Under the pieces are notes generated by a model. It searched no databases. It was not told the origin of the DNA and worked only from the letters and a program-made list of their open reading frames with translations. From Candidatus Thorarchaeota archaeon (GTDB lineage Archaea; Asgardarchaeota; Thorarchaeia; Thorarchaeales; Thorarchaeaceae): a DNA stretch of 29,933 nt. Made by a program: the position numbers and the translations under genes. Shown here piece by piece: positions 18,256-27,253 of this stretch. Each line of letters opens with the position of its first letter. Position 1 is the stretch's first letter. The DNA lies in NCBI GenBank assembly GCA_020348985.1, contig CP070761.1, forward strand, positions 1,979,459-2,009,391, in the 5' to 3' direction.

Positions 18256-19329
18256 TCAGAGTAGGCCGGTCACGTTCTTCAGAGTGGACAGAGCCTCTGT
18301 GATTATCATGTTCACGAGTTCCTTCACAGTTGGCAAATCGTCAATGCGTCCCACACATTCGCCGCCAAACATCAGGGCGGTATCCTCTTTTCCATCCATG
18401 AGATTGTCAAAGCCATCCCTTTCAAGATCTAGTACTGCTTCATTGGATTCAACTGGCTCACCTAGATAGAATCTAGGGATATCTGCAAGAGTCTGCTCCA
18501 CAATCTCCTCTGCTCTCCTATTGCGGATGAATCTCATAGGCCCGAACAGACCTCTTCCCGTCAAAGTCTGGCGTTCTTCTCTTTTGATTACAGCTTCTTT
18601 CCAAACAGGCTCGAAGTCACTCTCCTTGGTGGCAATGAACCTAGTACCCATCTGTACTCCTACAGCCCCCAAGCAAATGGCTGCCGCAAGAGATGCTCCA
18701 TCACAGAATCCTCCGGCTCCCACCACAGGTGTCTTGACAGCCTTAGCAACTGCGGGAACCAAGACCATCGAATGAACTGGATCCCAAGAGACATGTGCGC
18801 CACCCTCATGGCCCGAGGCCACAATGACATCCGCCCCAGACTTCTCAGCCTTCTTGGCATGATAAACAGAAGGGACAACATGTATCCAGACTAGTCCGTG
18901 CTTCTTCACTTCAGCCCAAGGCTCAGGATTTCCGGCCGATGTAATCAGCACTCTCAGCTGTCTCTCCACATCCGAGCTAGCCTCTCTCGATGCAACAACT
19001 TGCTCCAGAAACATCTTTGATGCAGGGATGAACTCCGCTGCCACAGGCACATTCACACCGAAGACGCCGTCAGTTGCCTTAGTCACGGCTTCGATTGACT
19101 TCTCCATGATCACCATCGGAGGATCATTGCCAAAGAGTCTCACTGCATCTAGCGGCGCGGCCTCGGGAATCAACGTTGCTGCCATACCTATGCTGCTTAT
19201 GACTCCCATAGCACCAGCATTGGAGACCGCTATGGCCAGTGACTCTGTCTTATAGGGTCCCATTCCTCCTTGCAGGATTGGATGTTTGATTTCCAGTATG
19301 TCGCATAGCTCAGTATGGAGTAATGACAT
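18256..19329 (-). CDS. Nitronate monooxygenase / FabK-like FMN-dependent oxidoreductase
   Basis: HPILQGGM, AVSNAGAMGVI, FGVN, GHEGGAH, PVVGAGG, GAVGVQMGTRFIATKES. Confidence 0.9.
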   Translation of the reverse strand: MSLLHTELCDILEIKHPILQGGMGPYKTESLAIAVSNAGAMGVISSIGMAATLIPEAAPLDAVRLFGNDPPMVIMEKSIEAVTKATDGVFGVNVPVAAEFIPASKMFLEQVVASREASSDVERQLRVLITSAGNPEPWAEVKKHGLVWIHVVPSVYHAKKAEKSGADVIVASGHEGGAHVSWDPVHSMVLVPAVAKAVKTPVVGAGGFCDGASLAAAICLGAVGVQMGTRFIATKESDFEPVWKEAVIKREERQTLTGRGLFGPMRFIRNRRAEEIVEQTLADIPRFYLGEPVESNEAVLDLERDGFDNLMDGKEDTALMFGGECVGRIDDLPTVKELVNMIITEALSTLKNVTGLL

Positions 19330-19394
19330 AGTCTTTGGGACATTAAGCCGCCTAATATGGATGAGCCTTGTCCATCACTGAAACATTGCTTTGA

Positions 19395-19410
19395 CCCAAG
19401 CCTTATTGAC
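19395..19410 (+). promoter_or_regulatory. Putative BRE/TATA-like promoter
   Basis: CCCAAGCCTTATTGAC in the divergent gap, upstream of SD AGGTGA (19464-19469). Confidence 0.35.
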
Positions 19411-19474
19411 GCGCTAGAACGGCGCTCGGTCGAGGTACAAACGATCAGGGGAAAGAACGAGGCAGGTGAACGAT

Positions 19475-20308
19475 ATGAAGTTGGAGAAATATGGAAGACC
19501 GGTTGACAAGATTACTGAGAAGATTCATCCTATTGAGAAAGGACATGAGTTCTGTTTCCGACGACTTGACAGTCTATTAGACTACGTTCTACTACGACAC
19601 CCTGAGATATACTTTGATTACGTTGACGCCCTGGAGAATCGGGCCAGAAGCCTCCTCAAGAGAGAGTACTTCGAATCATCATCAGAAAGGATTGAAGAGC
19701 TAGCCTCAGAGTATCCTACAATCAGGAACCAACCAAGCTTGGCAATGACTCAACTGGGTTTCTTTCTTCAGATTCTAGACATTAGCGAAAACGAGTTCTG
19801 GACGAACGATTTGATGGAGATTGACAATTCAAACTTTCATCAGTCAGCTGTCATTCCGGAGTACAACTGGCTTGATGTGCTGATTGAGATACTAGGAAGG
19901 GAAGAGGCTATCGCGACCTACAAGGTGGCAGCTGAACGATACTGTGTGAAGTACGACGGTCCTACTATCACCAGATTCGAGAGCCTAGATGAACTGAGAG
20001 AAGCCTATCTCAGATTCTGGGAAGGCGGTCGACTGGGGAGGATTCGGCTTGCAAGCAACGTTGAGAACGGTGTTTTTGTCAAGCGCTGTGAAAACTGCGA
20101 AAAGGTTGATGGACTTGGTGACCTCGAGAAGTATGACAGAGAGATCCTAAAGTCAGTCATGTGCCACGCCGACTTCCAGGTCTTTCGTCTCCACAATGAT
20201 AGCTTCGTTCTTACTCGATCTAAAACAATCGCAGCAGGAGACCCCTACTGCGATTTCGTCTATCATGACATTCGATTCGACAAGAAGCTCGAACACCCAT
20301 CAGTGTAA
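19475..20308 (+). CDS. L-2-amino-thiazoline-4-carboxylate hydrolase-like (V4R/HNOX-like) domain protein
   Basis: C-terminal CHAD and LTRSKTIAAGDPYCDF pattern with upstream CENC; ATG 19475 preferred over GTG 19466 because of SD spacing. Confidence 0.75.
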   Translation: MKLEKYGRPVDKITEKIHPIEKGHEFCFRRLDSLLDYVLLRHPEIYFDYVDALENRARSLLKREYFESSSERIEELASEYPTIRNQPSLAMTQLGFFLQILDISENEFWTNDLMEIDNSNFHQSAVIPEYNWLDVLIEILGREEAIATYKVAAERYCVKYDGPTITRFESLDELREAYLRFWEGGRLGRIRLASNVENGVFVKRCENCEKVDGLGDLEKYDREILKSVMCHADFQVFRLHNDSFVLTRSKTIAAGDPYCDFVYHDIRFDKKLEHPSV

Positions 20309-20340
20309 TTGAACCCCAACCAGATGTGAAGCACGTAACG

Positions 20341-21168
20341 TCAACTCACACTTGATCTGCGCCTCAGAAGGACCACAACTAGGATGACTACGACCGCAGC
20401 GCCGCCAATTACTACGACGATTAGTTCTAGGGGGAGTCCGTTCGCATCTGTACCAGTAGTTGTCGTTGTAGTAGTAGTAGGTTCGATATCTACCGTGTCG
20501 CTCAAAACCACATCGTCTATGGCTGGACCGCTTTCAGCAGCAAAACAGAAGTCTTCTGATGTTGTGTACGTCGAGTCCTCCACCTCTATCCGGAGTGTCC
20601 CATTGATGAAGACGCGGAACAGTCCTGACTCATTGCGTGTTACATCAATCTCCTGCAATCCAGAAAGATCTCCGGGGTATTCGTAGCTGCCAATAGTTGG
20701 TATGGGTGGCATACCGTCATGCCTTTTTAGATTGAAATCGCCATCCATATGTACAATCAGCGAATAGCCAGTAATGCCGGTTAGGAATTGACTGAAGTTG
20801 CTGACTACAAAGAAGATAACTAAGTAACCCATGGGAGTGTCCACCACGTCCAGACTAAAACTCCAGGTGCCATAGGCAACTGTGCTAGGACGGGCTGCAT
20901 AGTTGTACACAGGACCAGTCGCCTTCAAGTTGTTGTCAGCAGCAGAGAAATTGCCGTAAGAAGGCACGGGAAACGGCACGTCTGTGAAGTTGTATCCATA
21001 TATCGTCCAACCATCATAGTCACCATCATTGAAATTATCAGACCAAACAACATCTGCTGATACCGGCATTGTTCCAATAGTGCTCATCAGAACGGCAAGG
21101 ACCAGCCAGACCATCAATCCGCTGACGGCGCTTCTGGTGTGTCTATAGTTTCCATACGCTTGTTTCAT
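20341..21168 (-). CDS. Cell-surface beta-sandwich (possibly ConA/LamG-like) protein with Thr linker and C-terminal anchor
   Basis: Signal peptide ending PVSA, WSDNFNDGDYDGW, FRVFING, PTTTTTTTTGT linker, TM helix then RRR; ATG 21168 follows SD GGAGAGGAG. Confidence 0.75.
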   Translation of the reverse strand: MKQAYGNYRHTRSAVSGLMVWLVLAVLMSTIGTMPVSADVVWSDNFNDGDYDGWTIYGYNFTDVPFPVPSYGNFSAADNNLKATGPVYNYAARPSTVAYGTWSFSLDVVDTPMGYLVIFFVVSNFSQFLTGITGYSLIVHMDGDFNLKRHDGMPPIPTIGSYEYPGDLSGLQEIDVTRNESGLFRVFINGTLRIEVEDSTYTTSEDFCFAAESGPAIDDVVLSDTVDIEPTTTTTTTTGTDANGLPLELIVVVIGGAAVVVILVVVLLRRRSSVS

Positions 21169-21450
21169 ACTCTCCTCTCCTACCAGTGTTGAGATCAAGA
21201 AGTCGCTGCAATCTCTCAGGCCAGCCGAGAGAGTCTCGAAGATACGTCACAGATATGACAACACTGTGACCCGGATTGTGTGCGAAACTTTGACAAAAGA
21301 CTTCCTACTCATGTACTCAACAGTCCATCATCCAGAACATGAGCCACGACCCGACTGTTGCTCTCCCCGTCTACGTACCTCTTACAGGAGGCTGCCCTAA
21401 GACCTCACTATGGGGTCTCCAAATCAATTATTCTCTTCGCGAGAAACTGA

Positions 21451-21879
21451 CTATTCCTCGTCGATGAATTTCGTGGGCACCATTGTAGCCGTCTTAACCA
21501 ACTCTGCGGCTGCTTTAGTCGCTCTCATCACCATGCCCATGTCGCCGTCAAGCCTGAACTTTCTGGCCATAATCCCCTTTATCGGGTCAATCTTCCCCTC
21601 AAAAAGGAGCTTCCAGTTCTTATAAGGTCCTGAATACTTGTACTCTGCCGTTGTGCTTTCGTCAACCATGTGGGCTTTTCTACATTTTCCGTGCCAGAGG
21701 TCTAGGTAGAATCTTTGTGGCTCAGCGATCACTTCACCATCAGCCGTGATCTCGAAAACAAAGTCTCCCTCCCACCATGATGCGGCGTCTGCGTACGCGT
21801 CGTTTGCATTAAGCAGTTCCACGTACTTCTGAATCCATTCTTCCGAGGGGAATAGCAATCTATCGTCAGTCATTGACAT
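21451..21879 (-). CDS. SCP2 sterol/lipid-binding domain protein
   Basis: FPSEEW, YADAASWWEGDF, LDLWHGKC, WKLLFEGKIDPIKGIMARKFRLDGDM. Confidence 0.88.
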   Translation of the reverse strand: MSMTDDRLLFPSEEWIQKYVELLNANDAYADAASWWEGDFVFEITADGEVIAEPQRFYLDLWHGKCRKAHMVDESTTAEYKYSGPYKNWKLLFEGKIDPIKGIMARKFRLDGDMGMVMRATKAAAELVKTATMVPTKFIDEE

Positions 21880-21946
21880 ACACCCGTTTGTAGACGTTTA
21901 ACATCCCTGAGAATCGTGAGAGAAAAGCCTTCTGGGGCGGCCAAAT

Positions 21947-22606
21947 TCACAAATGCGAAGGATCTAGTAGAGGCAGGTCTAACGCTTCAGCCAGCATCAC
22001 TTGCTCCTCCACATTTCCGACGTTACTTGTCCAATGTGCGTCACTTCCCAAGGAGAAAACACACCCCGCATCTCTTGCTGCCTCAAGAAAGTCATTGTGG
22101 ACTGGTCTGTATCTGGTGCTTAGTTCAACGGCCACATTGCTCTTCGCCAGAGCCCGTGCAACGATTCTGCCATCCTCTTGACGATAGTTCGAGAGATAGC
22201 CGTCGAAATGCCCTAGGATGTGTATCTTCCCCCTCTCAGCTGCTTTTTTCACTGTACTCGCCCATGTAGTGGAATCACAGCCCCAGTGTAGCGAACCGAT
22301 AGTCAAATCGAACTGTTCTGTGCCGCCAGCAATAGGGGCCAGAGTGCCATCGGCATTGATGTCCACCTCAGTGGCATCAAGTATACGGAGTCTGCTTGAT
22401 ACCGAATTCATCTCTCTCAAGAGCCGCCGTCTCTCTTCTATGAGTTTCATGCCCCCTCTCCGGGAGCCCAACGAAGGCCAGAAGTGATCTGCGATAGCTA
22501 TGACGTCTAGTCTTAGCTTCGCAGCCCGCTCGACAATCTTCCATACCGTACTAGCGCCGTCTGAATAGTCTGAATGGATATGAAGGTCACAGTTAGATTG
22601 GGACAT
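21947..22606 (-). CDS. PHP-domain metallo-phosphoesterase
   Basis: DLHIHSDYSDG, IAIADH, GSLH, ILGH, GSDAH. Confidence 0.92.
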   Translation of the reverse strand: MSQSNCDLHIHSDYSDGASTVWKIVERAAKLRLDVIAIADHFWPSLGSRRGGMKLIEERRRLLREMNSVSSRLRILDATEVDINADGTLAPIAGGTEQFDLTIGSLHWGCDSTTWASTVKKAAERGKIHILGHFDGYLSNYRQEDGRIVARALAKSNVAVELSTRYRPVHNDFLEAARDAGCVFSLGSDAHWTSNVGNVEEQVMLAEALDLPLLDPSHL

Positions 22607-22786
22607 TGGTGCTTCAGAGAAACCCGTGGAATATAACTCAATTCCATAGCGGCAATATGGTGTTTACTGCCTGTGACACGGCAGTTTCGAGACTATAGGC
22701 AGCGTTGAACTAAACCCTATTATCATAGATTCTAAAGTTTCATTGAAACCTTCAAGTTGACAAAACCACGTTTGAGGTGACCCGGG

Positions 22787-24490
22787 ATTAGGACAAACAT
22801 CACCAAGCTCTTTCTTCTATCTCTCATGCTGACGGCAATTGTATTGCCAGCTGATTTCGCAGCCGCTCAAGTGGAAGCCTCCCCCCACGTGACAATAATC
22901 TTGGCTCCATCAGTTGAGCGCACATGGTCTGACATTGACCTGCTGTACGATGGACAGTGGCACGACTCCGACGAAGTACAGGAGGAAATTGACCGAATCC
23001 ATGATCTTGTACCTGAGCTCGTCGATATGGAAGTGATTGGGCAGAGCTTTCAGGGCAAGAACATAACAAGCATGCGTATCACCAATGAGCTCTATCCGGG
23101 ACAAAAGGCTAAGACTTTGGTAGTCGGCCCACACCACGCTCGTGAGCAGATTTGTGTCGAAATGGCATTGAGATTCACTCTGTATCTTCTGAACTCTTAT
23201 GGTGTGGATGAGACCATCACAGACTTCGTCGACACAGTAGAAATCTTCGTCATCCCAACAGTCAACCCTGATGGCCTCGATGGCGTAGTGAATGGCGGAA
23301 ATCACTGGCTAAGGAAGAACCTTCGGCCCTTCGATAATGACGGTGACGGTCTCCTCGATGAGGATCCAATAGAGGATGTAGATGGGGACGGACACATCAC
23401 TGCATACGATCTCTATACGAAGACAGGGCCCGGTGGTTCTCTCGAGTGGCAGTACACATACTTCGAAGGCATTGACAATGACGGGGATGGTCTGGTCAAT
23501 GAGGACGAGATTGGTCTTGTCGATTTGAACAGGAACTATGAAGTGGGATGGGGTAATGACCAAGAATCCTCCAGTGATCCTCTAGCACAAACCTATAGGG
23601 GAGAATCATCCTTTTCGGAACCCGAGACTGTAGCATTCAGAGACTTTGCGCTGCAACACAGGTTCGCAATGGCTTATGCACTCCATTCCGGGATTAACAC
23701 AACTTACTTCCCGACCACGTACGGCAATAACTGGGTAGAACCCTCATTGTACTTCTCAATCGTTGATGACCTACGTGACATTCTTCCACCCAGCTTCAAC
23801 GAGATATACCATCTTGCTGAAGCACAGAAGAGCCGAATAATGACCGCCCCGGGTGGATACTGGGGCGACTGGATGTACTCCACACGTGACACTCTTGTGC
23901 CAATCACTTTCGAGCTGTATCACAATGGATCGGTTGATGGCCCTGGAGTGGTTACGGTCATCGAGGACAACTCGACGCATCAGATTGTCGAATTGATGCC
24001 TACCTTCATCTACGACTACTTCGCCCCTTCAGAATCACGCATCAACGATCTTTGGGAGGAGATTAGGGGAGGTTTCGACTACCTTCTTGAGATGACTCCC
24101 CGACTTGAGGTCAGCAGCGCTACGGTCTCAGGAGGTGTCGCTCACGGCGATGGCGTCACCCTGGGCTTCACAATGACATGTCATGGTCATAGGCTTGGCA
24201 CAATAGATCAAGTGGAACTTATCGGGGCTAGCGATCTCTCTTTTGGCACTTGGGCTCCCTTAGATGCCGACAACACAGTTTCAACCACTGCAACGTTTCC
24301 TCTGCCTTTTGATTTGGTAGATATGAACTACACAATTAAGATTGGCAACGAATACGCAGGATATGCAATATTGGAAATCTCCGCAGGAGATTTCCAGACT
24401 GCAGATTACACTTTACAGATTGCTACAGGCATCGGCATTCTGTCGATTGTAGTTGTTGTCGTACTAATCGTGAGGAGAACCCGAACCTGA
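22787..24490 (+). CDS. Membrane-anchored M14 zinc carboxypeptidase
   Basis: HHARE, WLRKN, VDLNRNY, FSEPET, LHSG, FELY; C-terminal TM then RR. Start proposed at ATT 22787 (SD GAGGTGA, completes the signal peptide); the first ATG is at 22826. Confidence 0.88.
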   Translation: MRTNITKLFLLSLMLTAIVLPADFAAAQVEASPHVTIILAPSVERTWSDIDLLYDGQWHDSDEVQEEIDRIHDLVPELVDMEVIGQSFQGKNITSMRITNELYPGQKAKTLVVGPHHAREQICVEMALRFTLYLLNSYGVDETITDFVDTVEIFVIPTVNPDGLDGVVNGGNHWLRKNLRPFDNDGDGLLDEDPIEDVDGDGHITAYDLYTKTGPGGSLEWQYTYFEGIDNDGDGLVNEDEIGLVDLNRNYEVGWGNDQESSSDPLAQTYRGESSFSEPETVAFRDFALQHRFAMAYALHSGINTTYFPTTYGNNWVEPSLYFSIVDDLRDILPPSFNEIYHLAEAQKSRIMTAPGGYWGDWMYSTRDTLVPITFELYHNGSVDGPGVVTVIEDNSTHQIVELMPTFIYDYFAPSESRINDLWEEIRGGFDYLLEMTPRLEVSSATVSGGVAHGDGVTLGFTMTCHGHRLGTIDQVELIGASDLSFGTWAPLDADNTVSTTATFPLPFDLVDMNYTIKIGNEYAGYAILEISAGDFQTADYTLQIATGIGILSIVVVVVLIVRRTRT

Positions 24491-24604
24491 AGAGTTGTGT
24501 AAACGCCTCATCTCTTGATGCGGCAGGTGGTTACAACAGTCACAGGGCGCCTAAACTCATATGTGTGCCCTTGCTTCTCAGTGACGACACCGGAGGCGTG
24601 AACT

Positions 24605-25735
24605 ATGCAGCTCGAGGTCTTCGAACTAGAGAGAATCCAGTCAGAATGGGAGCACTTAGTCAGGTTCAATCTGACTGAGAGTGGCGTCGAACCCCTAAAG
24701 ATAAGCGAATTGGTGAGCGAAGATCAGATTGTGAATTGGCTGGCTGACACGAAGCTAGGATATTCTCAAACGAATGGCACAATACCTCTGCGAGAATTAA
24801 TCAGTAGTCTGTTTCCGGGAACGGATGCGGACAATGTAATTGTCACAAACGGCGGTGCCGAAGCCAATTTCCTGAGCGTATGGAATCTTCTTAATGAGAA
24901 TCCGGAACGCAATGAGATTGTGACGATGCTGCCTAACTACATGCAGATTCATGGTCTCTGCAAGGCTTTGGGCGGTATTGTGAAACCGTTCTATCTGAGA
25001 ACACATGATGACACTTGGGTGCCTGACATAGAGGGTCTAAAGGAAGCGGTCACTAGCAAGACGATCGCCATATCCATCTGCAATCCGAACAACCCTACGG
25101 GTGCGGTTCTGCATGAAACCCAGCTGAAGGCTATCGCTGAAATCGCGGATGAGGCAGATGCATGGATTATTTCTGACGAGATATATCGGGGTGCAGAAAT
25201 CGGTGGTCCAATGACCCCTTCGATGTTCGAACTCCACGACAAAGTCCTTGTGACGAGCAGCCTCTCGAAGGTCTATGGATTGCCAGGATTAAGACTTGGT
25301 TGGATAGTAAGCATAGACAAGGACATTATCAAAGGTCTCTGGTCCTATTCTGACTATACAACAATCTGCCCCTCAAAGTTGAGCGACATGTTGGCGACTG
25401 TTGCGCTTCGTCCAGACATCCGTGCTCGGCTATTGGAGCGGACTATGAACAAAACACGAAACAATTGGGAGATTATGCGTGACTGGCTTGATACACACTC
25501 TGACATTTTCGAGTATGTTGTTCCCCGTGCTGGGCCATTCTGTTTTCCGAAGTACAATCTGAACATCGGCTCAGTAGACCTTGTTTACCGTTTGATCCAT
25601 GAGAAGAGCGTACTGATTGTTCCTGGCGACCACTTCGGAATGTCCAAGCATCTTCGAATTGGTTTTGGGTACGGCGAAGACAATCTAAGGTCTGGTCTTG
25701 GTCTGATAGGAGAGCTCATTCAAACAATCAAGTGA
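24605..25735 (+). CDS. PLP-dependent class I/II aminotransferase
   Basis: VTNGGAEAN, NPNNPTG, SDEIY, SSLSKVYGLPGLRLGW; SD GGAGG. Confidence 0.95.
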   Translation: MQLEVFELERIQSEWEHLVRFNLTESGVEPLKISELVSEDQIVNWLADTKLGYSQTNGTIPLRELISSLFPGTDADNVIVTNGGAEANFLSVWNLLNENPERNEIVTMLPNYMQIHGLCKALGGIVKPFYLRTHDDTWVPDIEGLKEAVTSKTIAISICNPNNPTGAVLHETQLKAIAEIADEADAWIISDEIYRGAEIGGPMTPSMFELHDKVLVTSSLSKVYGLPGLRLGWIVSIDKDIIKGLWSYSDYTTICPSKLSDMLATVALRPDIRARLLERTMNKTRNNWEIMRDWLDTHSDIFEYVVPRAGPFCFPKYNLNIGSVDLVYRLIHEKSVLIVPGDHFGMSKHLRIGFGYGEDNLRSGLGLIGELIQTIK

Positions 25736-25745
25736 CCTAGCACCA

Positions 25746-26210
25746 CTATGATGTCAGGAGTCTCTGCCCGAAATCGCTTCCAAACTCTCGTGCCTTTTGG
25801 AGGGCATCATCAGCCAGTGGGCCTCTGAAACCTACCACAAGGGCAGACAATCCTGGCTTGACAAGCGTGAGCCCCGACAGCTTTTCGGCTATCATCCCTT
25901 CCATCTTCCCAACCGCCCTGGACTTATGGTCGCCCATATATGTTTCAAAGCAGGCGGTTAGTTTTCCAGAGAGACCTTCCTTCCCTAGCTTGCCGATGAA
26001 CTTCTTCATCCCACGTGTTGGACCTCCAGCATGTACGGGACAACCGAAAAGAATTGCGTCGGCTGCATGAATCTCCGTCGGCTCGATTTCCTTTGGCTTA
26101 CTGAGGAACGTCCTAATCTCTCCGGTCTTCTCGATTCCTGCTGCAATCTCCTTGGCCAGTTGCTCAGTGTTACCAAACTGGCTTTCGTAAACAACCACGA
26201 CTGATTTCAT
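25746..26210 (-). CDS. Flavodoxin-family protein
   Basis: VVYESQFGNTEQLA (FMN phosphate loop), ADAILFGCPV, ACFETY. Confidence 0.9.
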   Translation of the reverse strand: MKSVVVVYESQFGNTEQLAKEIAAGIEKTGEIRTFLSKPKEIEPTEIHAADAILFGCPVHAGGPTRGMKKFIGKLGKEGLSGKLTACFETYMGDHKSRAVGKMEGMIAEKLSGLTLVKPGLSALVVGFRGPLADDALQKAREFGSDFGQRLLTS

Positions 26211-26264
26211 TAGGAGTCCACATCCGAAGTGGCATCTATGGCATACAAATAGTACGTAGCCGTC

Positions 26265-27176
26265 TCAGACTCCTCCTATTAGCTCCTTCAATCTTGCGCT
26301 TCTTAGTGAATCATAGATTCTCTCAGTGAAGAAGAGCATCGATCTCACTGAAACGACTCCACGGAATGAATGCACTCTTCTCATTACTTCCTCAATGTCA
26401 CGTATGTGTTCGACAACGAATACGCAGAACATTGTTGGATGAATTGCAGAAACTGATGGATACCAGAACTCAAGCGGGTAACTCTTCCTTAGCCTATCAA
26501 TGATCTCTTCATAGCCCGTGATATTCTCATTCCAGGAAACTTTCAGAGAAAACACTACACTTTGCCCTGTATTGATATTCCTCCAAATCGTGAATCTGAT
26601 GACTTCCCCATCAACTAGGCGATTGATGATGCCTCGCACTCTTTTCGAAGTGAGCCCCGTTTGTCTAGCTATTTCTGATATTGGACTTCTTGGATTCTTC
26701 ACAAGCATTTTGAGAACCTTGAGATCCAAATTTGTTAGGTCCTTTTTCTTTCCCCTATTGATCAAAATCGGATGGATCTCAACGTCCGCGACCCCCGGCT
26801 GCACACGTAGCAAGTTTCCAAGCTCCCCTATTCCGTCGGTTCCCACACAGTCACCATCGACCATAATGTCTCCCGAAGCGAGTGGCAAAACCACACTAAT
26901 CATAGGATTCTCTCCCAAGCCATCGAATGTCTTGTCGTCGAAAAGCGTTCCATCTGTTTGTGCAATTGCCACTACATAATCGGCATCTATCATTGCGTAG
27001 CTAAGAACAACATCAAACCTTTCGATTACGCCTTCTTCAATCAAGTTGTCAATTCGTTTCTTGATAGCATTGGCACTCACTCCGTATCTGTTGGACAGGG
27101 TTTGATAAGATAGTCTGCAATTCTCCTCCAAATCCGTGAGAATGCCTTTGTCAATCAAGTCCAAAAGAGACACCAC
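26265..27176 (-). CDS. Tandem (duplicated) Lrp/AsnC-type winged-helix transcriptional regulator
   Basis: Two HTH modules: LDLIDKGILTDLEENCRLSY...KKRIDNLIEEGVI and LTNLDLKVLKMLVKNPRSPISEIA...RLVDGEVI, each followed by a RAM-like domain. Confidence 0.88.
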   Translation of the reverse strand: MVSLLDLIDKGILTDLEENCRLSYQTLSNRYGVSANAIKKRIDNLIEEGVIERFDVVLSYAMIDADYVVAIAQTDGTLFDDKTFDGLGENPMISVVLPLASGDIMVDGDCVGTDGIGELGNLLRVQPGVADVEIHPILINRGKKKDLTNLDLKVLKMLVKNPRSPISEIARQTGLTSKRVRGIINRLVDGEVIRFTIWRNINTGQSVVFSLKVSWNENITGYEEIIDRLRKSYPLEFWYPSVSAIHPTMFCVFVVEHIRDIEEVMRRVHSFRGVVSVRSMLFFTERIYDSLRSARLKELIGGV

Positions 27177-27253
27177 GCAGCTTTAGCAAGACTGAGAAGG
27201 CCTATTGAAATTACCTGACCAAGCCGAAGACGAATCCTCCGCTCGATTTGCTG

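Noticed and set aside
20456-20479. GTA-like microsatellite
   Set aside because: Explained by the poly-Thr linker codons of the surface protein.
21290-21312. RNase P RNA (minus-strand AGGAAGTC resembles conserved region I)
   Set aside because: No matching 3' conserved region V was found, and the region lacks the long GC-rich helices expected.
22737-22749. CRISPR repeat (GTTTCA...ATTGAAAC resembles archaeal repeat ends)
   Set aside because: Only 13 bp, single copy, no spacers and no cas genes.
24494-24581. Imperfect hairpins after the M14 gene
   Set aside because: Short, interrupted stems within chance expectation; at most a terminator/promoter region.
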